In this document: piece after piece, positions 41,246 to 46,740 of the stretch
Position numbering within the stretch: position 1 is the first letter of the stretch
How the letters are laid out: each line of letters begins with the position of its first letter
Source of the DNA: Candidatus Hermodarchaeota archaeon
GTDB taxonomy: Archaea; Asgardarchaeota; Lokiarchaeia; Sigyniarchaeales; SOKP01
Length of the DNA: 46,740 nt
Assembly (NCBI GenBank): GCA_048885925.1
Contig: JBHLLG010000017.1
Span: 1-46,740, forward strand
Direction: 5' to 3'
Program-made: the position numbers and the translations under genes
Notes under the pieces: generated by a model
Told to the model about the DNA's origin: nothing
Database searches by the model: none
The model's input: the letters and a program-made list of their open reading frames with translations, nothing else

Positions 41246-42814
41246 ATGAAATTGGAAAGAAAATATATTTTAACTCATGATTTAGGAACCTCTGGTAATA
41301 AAGCTGTGTTATTTGATTTAAATTTAAATACTATTTTTCAAGTAAAAGTAAATTATCCTTTAAATTATCCAAAACCAGGATGGGCAGAGCAAAATCCAGA
41401 AGATTTTTGGGATGCTGTTAAACATGCTACTACTTCATTAATTCAACAAACTAACATACATATAGATGAAATTATAGCATTAACATTTGATTGTCAAATG
41501 AATTGCACTATTCCAATCGACAATAGAGGTAATCCTCTTATGAAATGTATTAGCTGGCTAGATACAAGAGCAGCCTCGATAACGAATAAATATTCAAAGG
41601 GAATTATAAAAATTTCTGGTTATGGATTAAGAAGACTACTTATGTTTCTTAAAATTACTGGAGGTGCTCCTGGTTTTAATGGAAAAGATCCCATTTCACA
41701 TATTTTATGGATTAAGCAAAATTTTCCTAAAATTTATGAAAACACTTACAAATTCTTAAGTGTAAAAGATTTTATTATCTATAAATGCACCAAAAATGCT
41801 ATAACCTCAAAAGATTTAGGCCACACCTCGTGGATGATGGATAGTAATCTTGGTATGTTCGATTGGTCTGAAAAAATATTAAAAAAATTTAAAATTGACA
41901 AAAACAAACTACCTGAAATAAAAAATTCGACAGAAATAGCTGGAAACTTAACAAATGAAGCTTCGAAGGATCTCGGGTTAAAACCAGAAATCCCTGTATT
42001 TGTAAGTTCCGGTGATTTAACTTCAGCAGCAATAGGTTCGGGTGCAATTTTAGATAATAAATTTATCATTTGTCTAGGAACCGCTGATTGGGTTGCCACT
42101 CACACGTCTAGACGATTAAAAGATATTAGGCACTATGCGGGTAGTATAAGTTCTTCTCAAGAAAATTATCTATGTATTTCAAAACAAGAAACTGGAGCAA
42201 GCTGCCTTGAATGGATTGCTCAACAAATGTTTGTAGGAGAGATCGAACAATTTAAAGGAGCCTCTAATCAATTATATTCACACTTAGATTCACTTCTTGA
42301 AAAATCTAAAGTTGGTTCTAACAATCTTATATTTACACCATGGATGTTTGGAGAAAGAAGTCCTGTTAATAATCCGAATCTTCGAGGAGGATTCTACAAT
42401 CTAAGTCTTGAACATAATAGATATGATATTTTAAGATCTATCTATGAGGGTGTTGCTTATAATATAAAATGGGCTTTAATTTATATTGAAAAATTGATAG
42501 GAAAAACTGATGAGATTAATTGTATTGGAGGCGGGATCAAATCAGATAAATGGTGTCAAATTCTTGCTGATGTTCTTGAACGAAAAATTATACAAATGGA
42601 AGCCCCTGATTTAGCTGCTGCTAAGGGATCTGCTATTATTTCAATGGTAGGATTAGGTATACTTAAAGATTTCTCTAATGCAATTCCATTGATAAAAGTT
42701 AAAAAAGTTTTCATTCCTAATACGGAGAATAAAGGAATTTATAACAAAATTTTTGATGAATATAAGAAAATTTACAAAAGAAACAAAGAAATGTTTATAC
42801 AGTTAAATCTCTGA
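41246..42814 (+). CDS. FGGY-family carbohydrate kinase (xylulokinase-like)
   Basis: HDLGTSGNKA, PGWAEQNP, WLDTRA, GERSP, EGVA, GGG. Confidence 0.88.
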   Translation: MKLERKYILTHDLGTSGNKAVLFDLNLNTIFQVKVNYPLNYPKPGWAEQNPEDFWDAVKHATTSLIQQTNIHIDEIIALTFDCQMNCTIPIDNRGNPLMKCISWLDTRAASITNKYSKGIIKISGYGLRRLLMFLKITGGAPGFNGKDPISHILWIKQNFPKIYENTYKFLSVKDFIIYKCTKNAITSKDLGHTSWMMDSNLGMFDWSEKILKKFKIDKNKLPEIKNSTEIAGNLTNEASKDLGLKPEIPVFVSSGDLTSAAIGSGAILDNKFIICLGTADWVATHTSRRLKDIRHYAGSISSSQENYLCISKQETGASCLEWIAQQMFVGEIEQFKGASNQLYSHLDSLLEKSKVGSNNLIFTPWMFGERSPVNNPNLRGGFYNLSLEHNRYDILRSIYEGVAYNIKWALIYIEKLIGKTDEINCIGGGIKSDKWCQILADVLERKIIQMEAPDLAAAKGSAIISMVGLGILKDFSNAIPLIKVKKVFIPNTENKGIYNKIFDEYKKIYKRNKEMFIQLNL

Positions 42815-43802
42815 AATATGACTTAAACATAGCTAAATCCTCTCTAATATCTTTTATTTTTTCAATTTCTTTTTCTTTTCCTATAATTTTTGTAATGGCA
42901 TCGTTAATTATTTCTAGATCTTTATAAGCCATAGAGTTTTCATACGTTTGATTATCTAAATTTCCTTTCCAAGGCTTTAATTTTGGTGTTGATTCAATGA
43001 ATCTCAAGTTCCAATTAATTTTTTCTTTATAATCTTCAGTTAAAGGTTTCAAATTATCTTTATTCCATCTTTGAATTACCCAAGGAGCATATTCATGTAA
43101 TTTATCAAAATCAAATTCCAAATCAATCATCCATTCATATTGATGATCCCAATTTCCAACTGCAATATAATTATCCATTCCCGCTTGTTCAGGAGGAAAA
43201 TATTTCCAAGAATTCCTAATTACTTTTTCATCTCTAAATGATTTTCCTTCAACATATGGAAAAAAATATCCTAATTTTATTATTGATTGTTTATTATCTT
43301 GACTTATTTTGAAATAAATCTCGATTTGAGTAATATCTATCTTACTTTTTATTATCTCTTCTTGATATAGCTTAAAAATTACATTTTTTGCCTCATTTGG
43401 TAAGCATTTTCCTGTAAAAATCGGATAGTAGGTAAAACAGTAAAATTTATGTCCATTATCATATTTACCCTCATATATTTCAACCCAACATTCTATTAAT
43501 TTAATATAGATGTTGGATTTAATGACATTGTAGATCAATAAAACATCAGCTATAGCAAAAATAACTATAATGATAATAAACAAGGTTAAATTGAAAAATA
43601 TAAACGCTAAGAGATATGAAAGAGCAATATAAATGAGTAAAAACCCTGCAATAAAAAAGAAAGCAATCAGAGAATTATAGGCTTCGTGTTCCTTATCTTT
43701 TTTTGAATATAAAATAATTGGAGCATTTTCGATTACTGTATCTTTTCCATTTTCATTTATAAATTGTTGAAACTCAACTTTATTCCATTCAGAATCAGAC
43801 AT
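42795..43802 (-). CDS. Hypothetical membrane protein (two N-terminal TM helices)
   Basis: 335-aa ORF with hydrophobic hairpin. Confidence 0.7.
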   Translation of the reverse strand: MSDSEWNKVEFQQFINENGKDTVIENAPIILYSKKDKEHEAYNSLIAFFFIAGFLLIYIALSYLLAFIFFNLTLFIIIIVIFAIADVLLIYNVIKSNIYIKLIECWVEIYEGKYDNGHKFYCFTYYPIFTGKCLPNEAKNVIFKLYQEEIIKSKIDITQIEIYFKISQDNKQSIIKLGYFFPYVEGKSFRDEKVIRNSWKYFPPEQAGMDNYIAVGNWDHQYEWMIDLEFDFDKLHEYAPWVIQRWNKDNLKPLTEDYKEKINWNLRFIESTPKLKPWKGNLDNQTYENSMAYKDLEIINDAITKIIGKEKEIEKIKDIREDLAMFKSYFRDLTV

Positions 43803-44110
43803 TATCGAATAAATAGAATAGTATTTATAATAATTTGATTTTATTTCTTAAAAAAATTGCTATACTAAGAATAAAATAGAGTTTCTCTATAAATTTATTT
43901 AAAAATCTCTAAAACTTTAAAAATATGGCATTAAATAAGTCCTCTGATGGAAAGTATAATATTAATGGTTTAAGTGATATGAGAATTAAGATTTGGCCAA
44001 TGAAATAATTTAGATAATTAGAATTTTAAATAAGATGTCTAAAAATAAATAATTTAACTCTCTTTTGAAATTTTTATTTGGCACATAATATTATTTATTT
44101 TGAAGAATTT

Positions 44111-46417
44111 ATGGTAGATTTTGAAGAATTTTTAAGCTTTTTAAGATCTCGAGATTATTATGATGGCCAAATAGTACATATTGAAACCATTCCTGAATCT
44201 AAAGCGCAATTTGATGAATTGAGCAAAGCATTAAAAAAAAGACTTCAACTTTGGTTAGACAATAATAAAATTCGATTATGGAGACATCAAGTTGAAGCGA
44301 TCAATAATATTTTTGAAGGGCACAATACTGTTATAGTTACTTCAACGGCATCAGGTAAATCGCTCTGCTATAATCTTCCTATTTTACAATCAATACTAGA
44401 AGATCCCAAAACTACTGCACTTTATGTATTCCCTACAAAAGCGTTAGCAAGAGATCAATTTAGTATTCTCTCAAAACTGCTTGAAGATACGAATATTAAA
44501 CAGAATAGAATTGGTATATATGATGGAGACGTGGAACCTAATGAAAAAAGGCGGATATTAACTGATGCAAATATTATTATTACCAATCCGTATGGATTAC
44601 ACTTTTATTTACCTTGGTTTAAACAAAAATGGATTAGGTTTTGTAAAAATTTGAAATATATTGTGATAGATGAGATTCATATCTATAATGGAATTTTTGG
44701 ATCTAATTTTGCTCTCTTGCTTAGAAGATTAAAAAGAATCCTTGAAAATTATAATATAAGACCTTTATGGATATTATCAAGTGCTACAATCTTTAAACCT
44801 AAAGAATTAGCTGAAAAATTAGTAGGTGAAGAGTTTCTTGTTGTTGATAAAGACTTTTCTCCAACGGGCGCAAAAAAAGTGATTTTATGGGATTTAATAT
44901 ATGATAATATCTCTAATAAATATCGATCAAGCCATCAAGAAACAAAAAATTTATTTATTAGCCATTTGAGTAAAGGAATTCAAACATTAACTTTTACACT
45001 TTCAAGAAAAATGGCAGAATTACAAACTATCTGGACTCGAAATGCATTACCATTACTAAAAAATAAAATATTCAGCTATCGCGCAGGAATTAGTAAAAAG
45101 AGAAGAAGAGAAATAGAGAAAAATTTCAAACAAAAAAAAATTATAGGGATTAGTTCCACTAATGCATTAGAATTAGGAATAGATATTGGATCTTTAGATG
45201 CAACTATTAGTTCTGGATTTCCAGGGACTATCTCGAGTTTTAGGCAACAAATTGGTCGGTCTGGTAGAGGAACTGATCTTTCAATCTCAACATTGATACC
45301 CATGCAAAATCCATTAGATCTATTTTATATCCATAATCCAGATAAATTATTTGGACCAATAAAAGAAGAAGTTCTCATTACTTTGAAAAATAAAAATATT
45401 ATTAAAAATCACCTCTGTTGTGCAAGTAAAGAGAGTCCATTGACAGCTGATGATTATCTAAAATTTGGAATAAATGGAAAAAGTCTATTCATTAAATATT
45501 TAGAGGAGCTAGTTTCAGAAACTTTATTAATGAAAAGAGGAAATCGCTATTACTGGAATAGTGATTTTTTTCCTAATGAAAAGTTTGGACTAAATGATCT
45601 TTCAAACCGAAGTTATAAAGTTTTACTAAGAAATACCTCTGGTGAAGAATTTCTAACAATTGAAGATGAGAGTTATGTTTTTCGAGATCTACACGAAGGT
45701 GCTGTTTATTTATATGAAGCAGAAACCTATATTGTTGAAGAACTCGATTTAGATGAGAGAAAGGTATATTTAAAAAGATCAAATGTTGACTTTTATACAC
45801 AATCCTTAAAACATACGGATATAACTCCGCTTGAAATAATATCACAAAATAAAATAGGTCCAAATAAGAATATTGACGCTTTTTTTGGAAATGTGAAGGT
45901 TGAGCATGAATATTATTCATATAAAATTATTGATTCTTTAACTCAAGAAACTCGATCGCGTCACTCTTTAGAAAATATCCCTCTTATTGAATTTGAAAGC
46001 CAGGCACTCTGGTATTTGATACCTTTTGAATTCCAAAAAGAATTAGAATTAGTAGGTTATGATCTCGGTGGAACCATTCATGCCATAGAACATGCAATGA
46101 TCGCTATGGCACCAGTATTAGCACAAATTTCTCGATGGGATTTAGGTGGTGTTTCAATTGATTTTGATCCTGTAAAACAACAACCTATAATTTATATTTA
46201 TGATGCTTATAAAGGTGGAATTGGTATTTCAGAAACATTATATTACAATTTGAGCGAATTAATTGAAATTACTTATTCCTTGATTAAATCTTGTAGTTGT
46301 AAAAGCTCTAATGGATGTCCTGGATGTATAATGAGCCCAAAATGTGGAAATAATAACGATCCATTAGATAAAAATGGAGCCTTATTTCTCTTAGAGAAAA
46401 TAAAAGGAATAAATTAA
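44111..46417 (+). CDS. DEAD/DEAH-box helicase with C-terminal DUF1998 Zn domain (Hrq1/MrfA/SftH-like)
   Basis: TASGKS, PTKALA.DQ, DEIH, SAT, LELGIDIG, Q..GRSGR, HAIEHA, YDAYKGGIG, CSC..GCPGC. Likely ATG at 44111 (ORF track 44078). Confidence 0.92.
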   Translation: MVDFEEFLSFLRSRDYYDGQIVHIETIPESKAQFDELSKALKKRLQLWLDNNKIRLWRHQVEAINNIFEGHNTVIVTSTASGKSLCYNLPILQSILEDPKTTALYVFPTKALARDQFSILSKLLEDTNIKQNRIGIYDGDVEPNEKRRILTDANIIITNPYGLHFYLPWFKQKWIRFCKNLKYIVIDEIHIYNGIFGSNFALLLRRLKRILENYNIRPLWILSSATIFKPKELAEKLVGEEFLVVDKDFSPTGAKKVILWDLIYDNISNKYRSSHQETKNLFISHLSKGIQTLTFTLSRKMAELQTIWTRNALPLLKNKIFSYRAGISKKRRREIEKNFKQKKIIGISSTNALELGIDIGSLDATISSGFPGTISSFRQQIGRSGRGTDLSISTLIPMQNPLDLFYIHNPDKLFGPIKEEVLITLKNKNIIKNHLCCASKESPLTADDYLKFGINGKSLFIKYLEELVSETLLMKRGNRYYWNSDFFPNEKFGLNDLSNRSYKVLLRNTSGEEFLTIEDESYVFRDLHEGAVYLYEAETYIVEELDLDERKVYLKRSNVDFYTQSLKHTDITPLEIISQNKIGPNKNIDAFFGNVKVEHEYYSYKIIDSLTQETRSRHSLENIPLIEFESQALWYLIPFEFQKELELVGYDLGGTIHAIEHAMIAMAPVLAQISRWDLGGVSIDFDPVKQQPIIYIYDAYKGGIGISETLYYNLSELIEITYSLIKSCSCKSSNGCPGCIMSPKCGNNNDPLDKNGALFLLEKIKGIN

Positions 46418-46557
46418 AAGAATTTTGATTAAAAAAAATCCTTAGATATTTTGAAATTAATGTAAAATTTTTAAAGATTAAAACCATATTTATACTTAAC
46501 TCCAGATAAGACCTATAAAATTAGGTATTATATTCAAAATTATAGGGTATATTAGGG

Positions 46558-46740
46558 TTGTCATATAATTCAACGTTTAAAATAGTAATTTTTGGAGATT
46601 CCCAAACTGGTAAAACTACATTAGCTCATAGATTTTTAACTAATTTATTTAAAGGCGATATAACTATGACACTTGGAGTTGATTTTCATCTAAAGGCAGT
46701 TGAAGTAGATGGAGAAATGGTAAAACTTCAAATTTGGGAT
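46558..46740 (+). CDS. Rab-like small GTPase, 5' part (runs off the window)
   Basis: Manual translation from TTG: MSYNSTFKIVIFGDSQTGKTTLAHRFLTNLFKGDITMTLGVDFHLKAVEVDGEMVKLQIWD (G1, G2/RabF1-like GVDF, KLQIWD). Confidence 0.88.
   Translation, partial: MSYNSTFKIVIFGDSQTGKTTLAHRFLTNLFKGDITMTLGVDFHLKAVEVDGEMVKLQIWD

Noticed and set aside
1732-45920. Numerous short ORF-track entries antisense to or overlapping real genes (e.g. 4649..5068, 27032..27283, 40325..40651, 45573..45920)
   Set aside because: These are shadow ORFs of well-supported genes with no independent evidence.

Overview
AT-rich (~30% GC by eye) archaeal chromosomal region, most likely from an Asgard archaeon (Lokiarchaeia/Promethearchaeota-like). 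Supporting features are a Rab-like small GTPase, Loki-/PGF-CTERM-like sorted surface proteins, a TPR-Zn protein, Hsp20-Cdc48, and PAS/GAF kinases. Most of the window is housekeeping or metabolic: a DAP lysine pathway (dapA, dapB, lysA, dapF), cdc48, tRNA-Pro(TGG), an acyl-CoA ligase, an ABC substrate-binding protein, TusA/DsrE/LysR, an FGGY kinase and a DUF1998 helicase. The main discovery candidate is the Wood-Ljungdahl gene cdhD (25671..26930). It is interrupted by two tiny insertions, 30 nt at 26361..26390 and 36 nt at 26531..26566, the latter carrying an in-frame TAA. Each folds into a bulge-helix-bulge (BHB) motif, and cutting at the canonical positions restores an intact CdhD. These look like tRNA-type (EndA/RtcB-spliced) mRNA introns in an Asgard protein-coding gene. 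They lie in a GC-richer tract, and a diverged duplicate of the cdhD 3' end sits 1.5 kb downstream. Other oddities are an ArsR-membrane gene split by a single in-frame amber codon, a rubrerythrin/radical-SAM deletion junction, and a structured inverted-repeat element between dapB and lysA. All calls come from reading the sequence; no searches were run.
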